Source: the human T2T-CHM13v2.0 reference genome, Homo sapiens. From it: a stretch of 64,000 bases of DNA. Under the pieces are notes generated by a model that searched no databases, was not told the DNA's origin, and worked only from the letters and a program-made list of their open reading frames with translations. Where the stretch lies: the NCBI RefSeq assembly GCF_009914755.1, contig NC_060939.1; one strand, given 5' to 3'. Position 1 is the stretch's first letter. Each line of letters begins with the position of its first letter. This document shows positions 43,401 through 58,400 of this stretch, piece after piece. Position numbers and translations under genes: made by a program.

Positions 43401-46400
43401 CATTCGAGTGCATTCCATTCCGTTCCATTTCTTTCCGTTCTGTACGATTCCTACCGTTCGATTTCATTTTGTTCCAGTCCATTCCTTTCGCGTCCATTCC
43501 ATTCCATTTCACTCCATTCGATTCCATTCCACTCGATTCCACTTCGTTCCATTTCATTGCATTCCATTCTATTCAACTCTATTGCCTTCCATTCCATTCC
43601 ATTCGATTACATTCCATGCGATTCCATTCGAAATCGAATCAATTACATTGCAATCCATTACTATTGAGTCCGTTTTATTCCAGTCCACTGCATTCTGGTC
43701 CATTCCATTTGATTCCATTCCATTCTATTCCATTCCATACAGTTGCATTCCATTGGATTCCATGCTATATCTATAAATTCAATTCGAGACCATTGCTTTT
43801 GAGTCCATTCTATATGATTCCATTCCATTCAAGTCCATTACATTTGGTTCAATTCCATTCCATTCCATTCCCTTCCATTCCATTCCATTTGATATCAATC
43901 CATTCGATTCCATTCCATTCGAGCACATTCCATTCGAGTCCATTCCATTCGATGCCATTCCATTTGATTCTATTCCATTAGTCTCCATTCAATTCCATTA
44001 ATCTCCATTCCATTCCATTCTACTCCAACTGATTCCATTCCATTCTATTCCTTTCCATTCCATTTCATTCCATTCCATTCCATTTCATTCCATTCCATTC
44101 CATTCGTGTCCATTCCACTCCAGTCCATTCCATTCCAGTCCATTCCATTTGTGTCCACTGCATTCCATTCCACTCCATTCCATATTATTCCATTACACTC
44201 CATTCCATTCTATTACTTTCATTTCCATTCAATTCCATTCCATTTGATTCCATTCCACTCGGTTTCATTCCATTTGAGTCCACTCCATTCCATTGCATTC
44301 CATTCAGTTCCATTCCATTCTGTTCCATTCCATTCCGTTCCATTACATTCCATTCCATTCGGTACCATTCCATATTGTTCCATTCGATTCCATTCGAATC
44401 CATTCCATTCCAGTCCATTCCATTCGATACCATTCCATTCATTTCAATTCCATTCCATTCCATTCCATTACATTCCACTTGATTCCTCTCCATTCCCTTC
44501 CACTGCATTCCGTTCGATTCCATTCCATTGCATTGCATTCCATTCCATTGGATTGCATTCCATTCGATTCCATTCCATTCGAATCAATTACATAGCAATC
44601 CATTACATTCGAGTCTATTCTATTCCGTTCCATTCGATTTCATTCCAATCCATTCGATTCCATTCCATTCGATTCCATTCCATACTATTGCATTCCATTC
44701 GATTACATTATATTCGAATAAGTTCCATTCAAGACCATTTCTTTTGAGTCCATTCTATTTGAGTCCATTCCCTTTGATTCCATAACATTTGAGTCCATTC
44801 AATTCCATTCCTTTCGTTTCCATTCCATTTGATGCCATTCCATTCAATTCTGTTCTACTCGACTCCAATACATTCAATTCCATTCCATCCGATTCCATTA
44901 CATTCTTTTCATTTCTTATCCATTTCAAGCCATTCCACTCCATTCCATTCCACTCGTTTCCTTTCCATTCGAGTCATTCCTCTCCAGTCCATTCCGTTCA
45001 ATCCATTCCATTCCAGTCCATTCCATTCGAGTCCGTTCCATTCCAGTCCATTCCATTCGAGTCAATTCCATTCCATTCGATGTCTTTCCATAACGATCCA
45101 TTCCATTCTATTCCTTTCGATTCCATTCCATTCTATTTCATTCCATTCGATTCCCTTCCATTGGAATCCTTTCCATTCGAGTGCATTCCATTCCGTTCCA
45201 TTTCTTTCCGTTCTGTACGATTCCTACCGTTCGATTTCATTTTGTTCCAGTCCATTCCTTTCGCGTCCATTCCATTCCATTTCACTCCATTCGATTCCAT
45301 TCCACTCGATTCCACTTCGTTCCATTTCATTGCATTCCATTCTATTCAACTCTATTGCCTTCCATTCCATTCCATTCGATTACATTCCATGCGATTCCAT
45401 TCGAAATCGAATCAATTACATTGCAATCCATTACTATTGAGTCCGTTTTATTCCAGTCCACTGCATTCTGTTCCATTCCATTTGATTCCATTCCATTCTA
45501 TTCCATTCCATACAGTTGCATTCCATTGGATTCCATGCTATATCTATAAATTCAATTCGAGACCATTGCTTTTGAGTCCATTCTATATGATTCCATTCCA
45601 TTCAAGTCCATTACATTTGGTTCAATTCCATTCCATTCCATTCCCTTCCATTCCATTCCATTTGATATCAATCCATTCGATTCCATTCCATTCGAGCACA
45701 TTCCATTCGAGTCCATTCCATTCGATGCCATTCCATTTGATTCTATTCCATTAGTCTCCATTCAATTCCATTAATCTCCATTCCATTCCATTCTACTCCA
45801 ACTGATTCCATTCCATTCTATTCCTTTCCATTCCATTTCATTCCATTCCATTCCATTCCATTCCATTCCATTCCATTCGCTTCCATTCCATTCGTGTCCA
45901 TTCCACTCCATTCCATTCCATTCGTGTCCATTCCATTCCAGTCCATTCCATTTGTGTCCACTGCATTCCATTCCACTCCATTCCATATTATTCCATTACA
46001 CTCCATTCCATTCTATTACTTTCATTTCCATTCAATTCCATTCCATTTGATTCCATTCCACTCGGTTTCATTCCATTTGAGTCCACTCCATTCCATTCCA
46101 TTCCATTCAGTTCCATTCCATTCTGTTCCATTCCATTCCGTTCCGTTACATTCCATTCCATTCGGTACCATTCCATATTGTTCCATTCGATTCCATTCGA
46201 ATCCATTCCATTCCAGTCCATTCCATTCGATTCCATTCCATTCATTTCAATTCCATTCCATTCCATTCCATTACATTCCACTTGATTCCTCTCCATTCCC
46301 TTCCACTGCATTCCGTTCGATTCCATTCCATTGCATTGCATTCCATTCCATTGGATTGCATTCCATTCGATTCCATTCCATTTGAATCAATTACATAGCA

Positions 46401-49400
46401 ATCCATTACATTCGAGTCTATTCTCTTCCGTTCCATTCGGTTTCGTTCCAATCCATTCGATTCCATTCCATTCGATTCCATTCCATACTATTGCATTCCA
46501 TTCGATTACATTATATTCGAATAAGTTCCATTCAAGACCATTTCTTTTGAGTCCATTCTATTTGAGTCCATTCCCTTTGATTCCATAACATTTGAGTCCA
46601 TTCAATTCCATTCCTTTCGTTTCCATTCCATTTGATGCCATTCCATTCAATTCTGTTCTACTCGACTCCAATACATTCAATTCCATTCCATCCGATTCCA
46701 TTACATTCTTTTCATTTCTTATCCATTTCAAGCCATTCCTCTCCATTCCATTCCACTCGTTTCCTTTCCATTCGAGTCCATTCCTCTCCAGTCCATTCCG
46801 TTCAATCCATTCCATTCCAGTCCATTCCATTCGAGTCCGTTCCATTCCAGTCCATTCCATTCGAGTCAATTCCATTCCATTCGATGTCTTTCCATAACGA
46901 TCCATTCCATTCTATTCCTTTCGATTCCATTCCATTCTATTTCATTCCATTCGATTCCCTTCCATTGGACTCCTTTCCATTCGAGTGCATTCCATTCCGT
47001 TCCATTTCTTTCCGTTCTGTACGATTCCTACCGTTCGATTTCATTTTGTTCCAGTCCATTCCTTTCGCGTCCATTCCATTCCATTTCACTCCATTCGATT
47101 CCATTCCACTCGATTCCACTTCGTTCCATTTCATTGCATTCCATTCTATTCAACTCTATTGCCTTCCATTCCATTCCATTCGATTACACTCCATGCGATT
47201 CCATTCGAAATCGAATCAATTACATTGCAATCCATTACTATTGAGTCCATTTTATTCCAGTCCACTGCATTCTGGTCCATTCCATTTGATTCCATTCCAT
47301 TCTATTCCATTCCATACAGTTGCATTCCATTGGATTCCATTCTATATCTATAAATTCAATTCGAGACCATTGCTTTTGAGTCCATTCTATATGATTCCAT
47401 TCCATTCAAGTCCATTACATTTGGTTCAATTCCATTTCATTCCATTCCCTAACATTCCATTCCAGTTGATATCAATCCATTCGATTCCATTCCATTCGAG
47501 CACATTCCATTCGAGTCCATTCCATTCGATGCCATTCCATTTGATTCTATTCCATTACTCTCCATTCAATTCCATTAATCTCCATTCCATTCCATTCTAC
47601 TCCAACTGATTCCATTCCATTCTATTCCTTTCCATTCCATTTCATTCCATTCCATTCCATTTCATTCCATTCCATTCCATTCCCTTCCATTCCATTCGTG
47701 TCCATTCCACTCCAGTCCATTCCATTCGTGTCCATTCCATTCCAGTCCATTCCATTTGTGTCCACTGCATTCCATTCCACTCCATTCCATATTATTCCAT
47801 TACACTCCATTCCATTCTATTACTTTCATTTCCATTCAATTCCATTCCATTTGATTCCATTCCACTCGGTTTCATTCCATTTGAGTCCACTCCATTCCAT
47901 TCCATTGCATTCCATTCAGTTCCATTCCATTCTGTTCCATTCCATTCCGTTCCATTACATTCCATTCCATTCGGTACCATTCCATATTGTTCCATTCGAT
48001 TCCATTCGAATCCATTCCATTCCAGTCCATTCCATTCGATTCCATTCCATTCATTTCAATTCCATTCCATTCCATTCCATTACATTCCACTTGATTCCTC
48101 TCCATTCCCTTCCACTGCATTCCGTTCGATTCCATTCCATTGCATTGCATTCCATTCCATTGGATTGCATTCCATTCGATTCCATTCCATTCGAATCAAT
48201 TACATAGCAATCCATTACATTCGAGTCTATTCTATTCCGTTCCATTCGATTTCGTTCCAATCCATTCGATTCCATTCCATTCGATTCCATTCCATACTAT
48301 TGCATTCCATTCGATTACATTATATTCGAATAAGTTCCATTCAAGACCATTTCTTTTGAGTCCATTCTATTTGAGTCCATTCCCTTTGATTCCATAACAT
48401 TTGAGTCCATTCAATTCCATTCCTTTCGTTTCCATTCCATTTGATGCCATTCTATTCAATTCTGTTCTACTCGACTCCAATACATTCAATTCCATTCCAT
48501 CCGATTCCATTACATTCTTTTCATTTCTTATCCATTTCAAGCCATTCCACTCCATTCCATTCCACTCGTTTCCTTTCCATTCGAGTCCATTCCTCTCCAG
48601 TCCATTCCGTTCAATCCATTCCATTTCAGTCCATTCCATTCGAGTCCGTTCCATTCCAGTCCATTCCATTCGAGTCAATTCCATTCCATTCGATGCCTTT
48701 CCATAACGATCCATTCCATTCTATTCCTTTCGATTCCATTCCATTCTATTTCATTCCATTCGATTCCCTTCCATTGGACTCCTTTCCATTCGAGTGCATT
48801 CCATTCCGTTCCATTTATTTCCGTTCTGTACGATTCCTACCGTTCGATTTCATTTTGTTCCAGTCCATTCCTTTCGCGTCCATTCCATTCCATTTCACTC
48901 CATTCGATTCCATTCCACTCGATTCCACTTCGTTCCATTTCATTGCATTCCATTCTATTCAACTCTATTGCCTTCCATTCCATTCCATTCGATTACATAC
49001 CATGCGATTCCATTCGAAATCGAATCAATTACATTGCAATCCATTACTATTGAGTCCGTTTTATTCCAGTCCACTGCATTCTGTTCCATTCCATTTGATT
49101 CCATTCCATTCTATTCCATTCCATACAGTTGCATTCCATTGGATTCCATGCTATATCTATAAATTCAATTCGAGACCATTGCTTTTGAGTCCATTCTATA
49201 TGATTCCATTCCATTCAAATCCATTACTTTTGGTTCAATTCCATTCCATTCCATTCCCTTCCATTCCATTCCATTTGATATCAATCCATTCGATTCCATT
49301 CCATTCGAGCACATTCCATTCGAGTCCATTCCATTCGATGCCGTTCCATTTGATTCTATTCCATTAGTCTCCATTCAATTCCATTAATCTCCATTCCATT

Positions 49401-52400
49401 CCATTCTACTCCAACTGATTCCATTCCATTCTATTCCTTTCCATTCCATTTCATTCCATTCCATTCCATTTCATTCCATTCCATTCCATTCGTGTCCATT
49501 CCACTCCAGTCCATTCCATTCGTGTCCATTCCATTCCAGTCCATTCCATTTGTGTCCACTGCATTCCATTCCACTCCATTCCATATTATTCCATTACACT
49601 CCATTCCATTCTATCACTTTCATTTCCATTCAATTCCATTCCATTTGATTCCATTCCACTCGGTTTCATTCCATTTGAGTCCACTCCATTCCATTCCATT
49701 GCATTCCATTCAGTTCCATTCCATTCTGTTCCATTCCATTCCGTTCCATTACATTCCATTCCATTCGGTACCATTCCATATTGTTCCATTCGATTCCATT
49801 CGAATCCATTCCATTCCAGTCCATTCCATTCGATTCCATTCCATTCATTTCAATTCCATTCCATTCCATTCCATTACATTCCACTTGATTCCTCTCCATT
49901 CCCTTCCACTGCATTCCGTTCGATTCCATTCCATTGCATTGCATTCCATTCCATTGGATTGCATTCCATTCGATTCCATTCCATTCGAATCAATTACATA
50001 GCAATCCATTACATTCGAGTCTATTCTCTTCCGTTCCATTCGATTTCGTTCCAATCCATTCGATTCCATTCCATTCGATTCCATTCCATACTATTGCATT
50101 CCATTCGATTACATTCTATTCGAATAAGTTCCATTCAAGACCATTTCTTTTGAGTCCATTCTATTTGAGTCCATTCCCTTTGATTCCATAACATTTGAGT
50201 CCATTCAATTCCATTCCTTTCGTTTCCATTCCATTTGATGCCATTCCATTCAATTCTGTTCTACTCGACTCCAATACACTCAATTCCATTCCATCCGTTT
50301 CCATTACATTCTTTTCATTTCTTATCCATTTCAAGCCATTCCACTCCATTCCATTCCACTCGTTTCCTTTCCATTCGAGTCCATTCCTCTCCAGTCCATT
50401 CCGTTCAATCCATTCCATTCCAGTCCATTCCATTCGAGTCCGTTCCATTCCAGTCCATTCCATTCGAGTCAATTCCATTCCATTCGATGTCTTTCCATAA
50501 CGATCCATTCCATTCTATTCCTTTCGATTCCATTCCATTCTATTTCATTCCATTCGATTCCCTTCCATTGGACTCCTTTCCATTCGAGTGCATTCCATTC
50601 CTTTCCATTTCTTTCCGTTCTGTACGATTCCTACCGTTCGATTTCATTTTGTTCCAGTCCATTCCTTTCGCGTCCATTCCATTCCATTTCACTCCTTTCG
50701 GTTCCATTCCACTCGATTCCACTTCGTTCCATTTCATTGCATTCCATTCTATTCAACTCTATTGCCTTCCATTCCATTCCATTCGATTACATTCCATGCG
50801 ATTCCATTCGAAATCGAATCAATTACATTGCAATCCATTACTATTGAGTCCGTTTTATTCCAGTCCACTGCATTCTGGTCCATTCCATTTGATTCCATTC
50901 CATTCTATTCCATTCCATACAGTTGCATTCCATTGGATTCCATGCTATATCTATAAATTCAATTCGAGACCATTGCTTTTGAGTCCATTCTATATGATTC
51001 CATTCCATTCAAGTCCATTACATTTGGTTCAATTCCATTCCATTCCATTCCCTTCCATTCCATTCCATTTGATATCAATCCATTCGATTCCATTCCATTC
51101 GAGCACATTCCATTCGAGTCCATTCCATTCGATGCCATTCCATTTGATTCTATTCCATTAGTCTCCATTCAATTCCATTAATCTCCATTCCATTCCATTC
51201 TACTCCAACTGATTCCATTCCATTCTATTCCTTTCCATTCCATTTCATTCCATTCCATTCCATTTCATTCCATTCCATTCCATTCGTGTCCATTCCACTC
51301 CAGTCCATTCCATTCGTGTCCATTCCATTCCAGTCCATTCCATTTGTGTCCACTGCATTCCATTCCACTCCATTCCATATTATTCCATTACACTCCATTC
51401 CATTCTATTACTTTCATTTCCATTCAATTCCATTCCATTTGATTCCATTCCACTCGGTTTCATTCCATTTGAGTCCACTCCATTCCATTCCATTCCATTC
51501 CATTCAGTTCCATTCCATTCTGTTCCATTCCATTCCGTTCCATTACATTCCATTCCATTCGGTACCATTCCATATTGTTCCATTCGATTCCATTCGAATC
51601 CATTCCATTCCAGTCCATTCCATTCGATTCCATTCCATTCATTTCAATTCCATTCCATTCCATTCCATTACATTCCACTTGATTCCTCTCCATTCCCTTC
51701 CACTGCATTCCGTTCGATTCCATTCCATTGTATTGCATTCCATTCCATTGGATTGCATTCCATTCGATTCCATTCCATTCGAAACAATTACATAGCAATC
51801 CATTACATTCGAGTCTATTCTCTTCCGTTCCATTCGATTTCGTTCCAATCCATTCGATTCCATTCCATTCGATTCCATTCCATGCTATTGCATTCCATTC
51901 TATTACATTATATTCGAATAAGTTCCATTCAAGACCATTTCTTTTGAGTCCATTCTATTTGAGTCCATTCCCTTTGATTCCATAACATTTGAGTCCATTC
52001 AATTCCATTCCTTTCGTTTCCATTCCATTTGATGCCATTCCATTCAATTCTGTTCTACTCGACTCCAATACATTCAATTCCATTCCATCCGATTCCATTA
52101 CATTCTTTTCATTTCTTATCCATTTCAAGCCATTCCACTCCATTCCATTACACTCGTTTCCTTTCCATTCGTGTCCATTCCTCTCCAGTCCATTCCGTTC
52201 AATCCATTCCATTCCAGTCCATTCCATTCGAGTCCGTTCCATTCTAGTCCATTCCATTCGAGTCAATTCCATTCCATTCGATGTCTTTCCATAACGATCC
52301 ATTCCATTCTATTCCTTTCGATTCCATTCCATTCTATTTCATTCCATTTGATTCCCTTCCATTGGACTCCTTTCCATTCGAGTGCATTCCATTCCGTTCC

Positions 52401-55400
52401 ATTTCTTTCCGTTCTGTACGATTCCTACCGTTCGATTTCATTTTGTTCCAGTCCATTCCTTTCGCGTCCATTCCATTCCATTTCACTCCATTCGATTCCA
52501 TTCCACTCGATTCCACTTCGTTCCATTTCATTGCATTCCATTCTATTCAACTCTATTGCCTTCCATTCCATTCCATTCGATTACATTCCATGCGATTCCA
52601 TTCGAAATCGAATCAATTACATTGCAATCCATTACTATTGAGTCCGTTTTATTCCAGTCCACTGCATTCTGGTCCATTCCATTTGATTCCATTCCATTCT
52701 ATTCCATTCCATACAGTTGCATTCCATTGGATTCCATGCTATATCTATAAATTCAATTCGAGACCATTGCTTTTGAGTCCATTCTATATGATTCCATTCC
52801 ATTCAAGTCCATTACATTTGGTTCAATTCCATTCCATTCCATTCCCTTCCATTCCATTCCATTTGATATCAATCCATTCGATTCCATTCCATTCGAGCAC
52901 ATTCCATTCGAGTCCATTCCATTCGATGCCATTCCATTTGATTCTATTCCATTAGTCTCCATTCAATTCCATTAATCTCCATTCCATTCCATTCTATTCC
53001 AACTGATTCCATTCCATTCTATTCCTTTCCATTCCATTTCATTCCATTCCATTCCATTTCATTCCATTCCATTCCATTCGTGTCCATTCCACTCCAGTCC
53101 ATTCCATTCGTGTCCATTCCATTCCAGTCCATTCCATTTGTGTCCACTGCATTCCATTCCACTCCATTCCATATTATTCCATTACACTCCATTCCATTCT
53201 ATTACTTTCATTTCCATTCAATTCCATTCCATTTGATTCCATTCCACTCGGTTTCATTCCATTTGAGTCCACTCCATTCCATTCCATTCCATTCCATTCA
53301 GTTCCATTCCATTCTGTTCCATTCCATTCCGTTCCATTACATTCCATTCCATTCGGTACCATTCCATATTGTTCCATTCGATTCCATTCGAATCCATTCC
53401 ATTCCAGTCCATTCCATTCGATTCCATTCCATTCATTTCAATTCCATTCCATTCCATTACATTACATTCCACTTGATTCCTCTCCATTCCCTTCCACTGC
53501 ATTCCGTTCGATTCCATTCCATTGCATTGCATTCCATTCCATTGGATTGCATTCCATTCGATTCCATTCCATTCGAATCAATTACATAGCAATCCATTAC
53601 ATTCGAGTCTATTCTATTCCGTTCCATTCGATTTCGTTCCAATCCATTCGATTCCATTCCATTCGATTCCATTCCATACTATTGCATTCCATTCGATTAC
53701 ATTATATTCGAATAAGTTCCATTCAAGACCATTTCTTTTGAGTCCATTCTATTTGAGTCCATTCCCTTTGATTCCATAACATTTGAGTCCATTCAATTCC
53801 ATTCCTTTCGTTTCCATTCCATTTGATGCCATTCCATTCAATTCTGTTCTACTCGACTCCAATACATTCAATTCCATTCCATCCGATTCCATTACATTCT
53901 TTTCATTTCTTATCCATTTCAAGCCATTCCACTCCATTCCATTCCACTCATTTCCTTTCCATTCGAGTCCATTCCTCTCCAGTCCATTCCGTTCAATCCA
54001 TTCCATTCCAGTCCATTCCATTCGAGTCCGTTCCATTCCAGTCCATTCCATTCGAGTCAATTCCATTCCATTCGATGTCTTTCCATAACGATCCATTCCA
54101 TTCTATTCCTTTCGATTCCATTCCATTCTATTTCATTCCATTCGATTCCCTTCCATTGGACTCCTTTCCATTCGAGTGCATTCCATTCCGTTCCATTTAT
54201 TTCCGTTCTTTACGATTCCTACCGTTCGATTTCATTTTGTTCCAGTCCATTCCTTTCGCGTCCATTCCATTCCATTTCACTCCATTCGATTCCATTCCAC
54301 TCGATTCCACTTCGTTCCATTTCATTGCATTCCATTCTATTCAACTCTATTGCCTTCCATTCCATTCCATTCGATTACATTCCATGCGATTCCATTCGAA
54401 ATCGAATCAATTACATTGCAATCCATTACTATTGAGTCCGTTTTATTCCAGTCCACTGCATTCTGGTCCATTCCATTTGATTCCATTCCATTCTATTCCA
54501 TTCCATACAGTTGCATTCCATTGGATTCCATGCTATATCTATAAATTCAATTCGAGACCATTGCTTTTGAGTCCATTCTATATGATTCCATTCCATTCAA
54601 ATCCATTACATTTGGTTCAATTCCATTCCATTCCATTCCCTTCCATTCCATTCCATTTGATATCAATCCATTCGATTCCATTCCATTCGAGCACATTCCA
54701 TTCGTGTCCATTCCATTCGATGCCATTCCATTTGATTCTATTCCATTAGTCTCCATTCAATTCCATTAATCTCCATTCCATTCCATTCTACTCCAACTGA
54801 TTCCATTCCATTCTATTCCTTTCCATTCCATTTCATTCCATTCCATTCCATTTCATTCCATTCCATTCCATTCGTGTCCATTCCACTCCAGTCCATTCCA
54901 TTCGTGTCCATTCCATTCCAGTCCATTCCATTTGTGTCCACTGCATTCCATTCCACTCCATTCCATATTATTCCATTACACTCCATTCCATTCTATTACT
55001 TTCATTTCCATTCAATTCCATTCCATTTGATTCCATTCCACTCGGTTTCATTCCATTTGAGTCCACTCCATTCCATTCCATTCCATTCCATTCAGTTCCA
55101 TTCCATTCTGTTCCATTCCATTCCGTTCCATTACATTCCATTCCATTCGGTACCATTCCATATTGTTCCATTCGATTCCATTCGAATCCATTCCATTCCA
55201 GTCCATTCCATTCGATTCCATTCCATTCATTTCAATTCCATTCCATTCCATTCCATTACATTCCACTTGATTCCTCTCCATTCCCTTCCACTGCATTCCG
55301 TTCGATTCCGTTCCATTGCATTGCATTCCATTCCATTGGATTGCATTCCATTCGATTCCATTCCATTCGAATCAATTACATAGCAATCCATTACATTCGA

Positions 55401-58400
55401 GTCTATTCTATTCCGTTCCATTCGATTTCGTTCCAATCCATTCGATTCCATTCCATTCGATTCCATTCCATACTATTGCATTCCATTCGATTACATTATA
55501 TTCGAATAAGTTCCATTCAAGACCATTTCTTTTGAGTCCATTCTATTTGAGTCCATTCCCTTTGATTCCATAACATTTGAGTCCATTCAATTCCATTCCT
55601 TTCGTTTCCATTCCATTTGATGCCATTCCATTCAATTCTGTTCTACTCGACTCCAATACATTCAATTCCATTCCATCCGATTCCATTACATTCTTTTCAT
55701 TTCTTATCCATTTCAAGCCATTCCACTCCATTCCATTCCACTCGTTTCCTTTCCATTCGAGTCCATTCCTCTCCAGTCCATTCCATTCAATCCATTCCAT
55801 TCCAGTCCATTCCATTCGAGTCCGTTCCATTCCAGTCCATTCCATTCGAGTCAATTCCATTCCATTCGATGTCTTTCCATAACGATCCATTCCATTCTAT
55901 TCCTTTCGATTCCATTCCATTCTATTTCATTCCATTCGATTCCCTTCGATTGGACTCCTTTCCATTCGAGTGCATTCCATTCCGTTCCATTTATTTCCGT
56001 TCTGTACGATTCCTACCGTTCGATTTCATTTTGTTCCAGTCCATTCCTTTCGCGTCCATTCCATTCCATTTCACTCCATTCGATTCCATTCCACTCGATT
56101 CCACTTCGTTCCATTTCATTGCATTCCATTCTATTCAACTCTATTGCCTTCCATTCCATTCCATTTGATTACATTCCATGCGATTCCATTCGAAATCGAA
56201 TCAATTACATTGCAATCCATTACTATTGAGTCCGTTTTATTCCAGTCCACTGCATTCTGGTCCATTCCATTTGATTCCATTCCATTCTATTCCATTCCAT
56301 ACAGTTGCATTCCATTGGATTCCATGCTATATCTATAAATTCAATTCGAGACCATTGCTTTTGAGTCCATTCTATATGATTCCATTCCATTCAAATCCAT
56401 TACATTTGGTTCAATTCCATTCCATTCCATTCCCTTCCATTCCATTCCATTTGATATCAATCCATTCGATTCCATTCCATTCGAGCACATTCCATTCGAG
56501 TCCATTCCATTCGATGCCATTCCATTTGATTCTATTCCATTAGTCTCCATTCAATTCCATTAATCTCCATTCCATTCCATTCTACTCCAACTGATTCCAT
56601 TCCATTCTATTCCTTTCCATTCCATTTCATTCCATTCCATTCCATTTCATTCCATTCCATTCCATTCGTGTCCATTCCACTCCAGTCCATTCCATTCGTG
56701 TCCATTCCATTCCAGTCCATTCCATTTGTGTCCACTGCATTCCATTCCACTCCATTCCATATTATTCCATTACACTCCATTCCATTCTATCACTTTCATT
56801 TCCATTCAATTCCATTCCATTTGATTCCATTCCACTCGGTTTCATTCCATTTGAGTCCACTCCGTTCCATTCCATTGCATTCCATTCAGTTCCATTCCAT
56901 TCTGTTCCATTCCATTCCGTTCCATTACATTCCATTCCATTCGGTACCATTCCATATTGTTCCATTCGATTCCATTCGAATCCATTCCATTCCAGTCCAT
57001 TCCATTCGATTCCATTCCATTCATTTCAATTCCATTCCATTCCATTCCATTACATTCCACTTGATTCCTCTCCATTCCCTTCCTCTGCATTCCGTTCGAT
57101 TCCATTCCATTGCATTGCATTCCATTCCATTGGATTGCATTCCATTCGATTCCATTCCATTCGAATCAATTACATAGCAATCCATTACATTCGAGTCTAT
57201 TCTCTTCCGTTCCATTCGATTTCGTTCCAATCCATTCGATTCCATTCCATTCGATTCCATTCCATACTATTGCATTCCATTCGATTACATTATATTCGAA
57301 TAAGTTCCATTCAAGACCATTTCTTTTGAGTCCATTCTATTTGAGTCCATTCCCTTTGATTCCATAACATTTGAGTCCATTCAATTCCATTCCTTTCGTT
57401 TCCATTCCATTTGATGCCATTCCATTCAATTCTGTTCTACTCGACTCCAATACACTCAATTCCATTCCATCCGATTCCATTACATTCTTTTCATTTCTTA
57501 TCCATTTCAAGCCATTCCACTCCATTCCATTCCACTCGTTTCCTTTCCATTCGAGTCCATTCCTCTCCAGTCCATTCCGTTCAATCCATTCCATTCCAGT
57601 CCATTCCATTCGAGTCCGTTCCATTCCAGTCCATTCCATTCGAGTCAATTCCATCCCATTCGATGTCTTTCCATAACGATCCATTCCATTCTATTCCTTT
57701 CGATTCCATTCCATTCTATTTCATTCCATTCGATTCCCTTCCATTGGACTCCTTTCCATTCGAGTGCATTCCATTCCTTTCCATTTCTTTCCGTTCTGTA
57801 CGATTCCTACCGTTCGATTTCATTTTGTTCCAGTCCATTCCTTTCGCGTCCATTCCATTCCATTTCACTCCATTCGATTCCATTCCACTCGATTCCACTT
57901 CGTTCCATTTCATTGCATTCCATTCTATTCAACTCTATTGCCTTCCATTCCATTCCATTCGATTACATTCCATGCGATTCCATTCGAAATCGAATCAATT
58001 ACATTGCAATCCATTACTATTGAGTCCGTTTTATTCCAGTCCACTGCATTCTGGTCCATTCCATTTGATTCCATTCCATTCTATTCCATTCCATACAGTT
58101 GCATTCCATTGGATTCCATGCTATATCTATAAATTCAATTCGAGACCATTGCTTTTGAGTCCATTCTATATGATTCCATTCCATTCAAGTCCATTACATT
58201 TGGTTCAATTCCATTCCATTCCATTCCCTTCCATTCCATTCCATTTGATATCAATCCATTCGATTCCATTCCATTCGAGCACATTCCATTCGAGTCCATT
58301 CCATTCGATGCCATTCCATTTGATTCTATTCCATTAGTCTCCATTCAATTCCATTAATCTCCATTCCATTCCATTCTACTCCAACTGATTCCATTCCATT

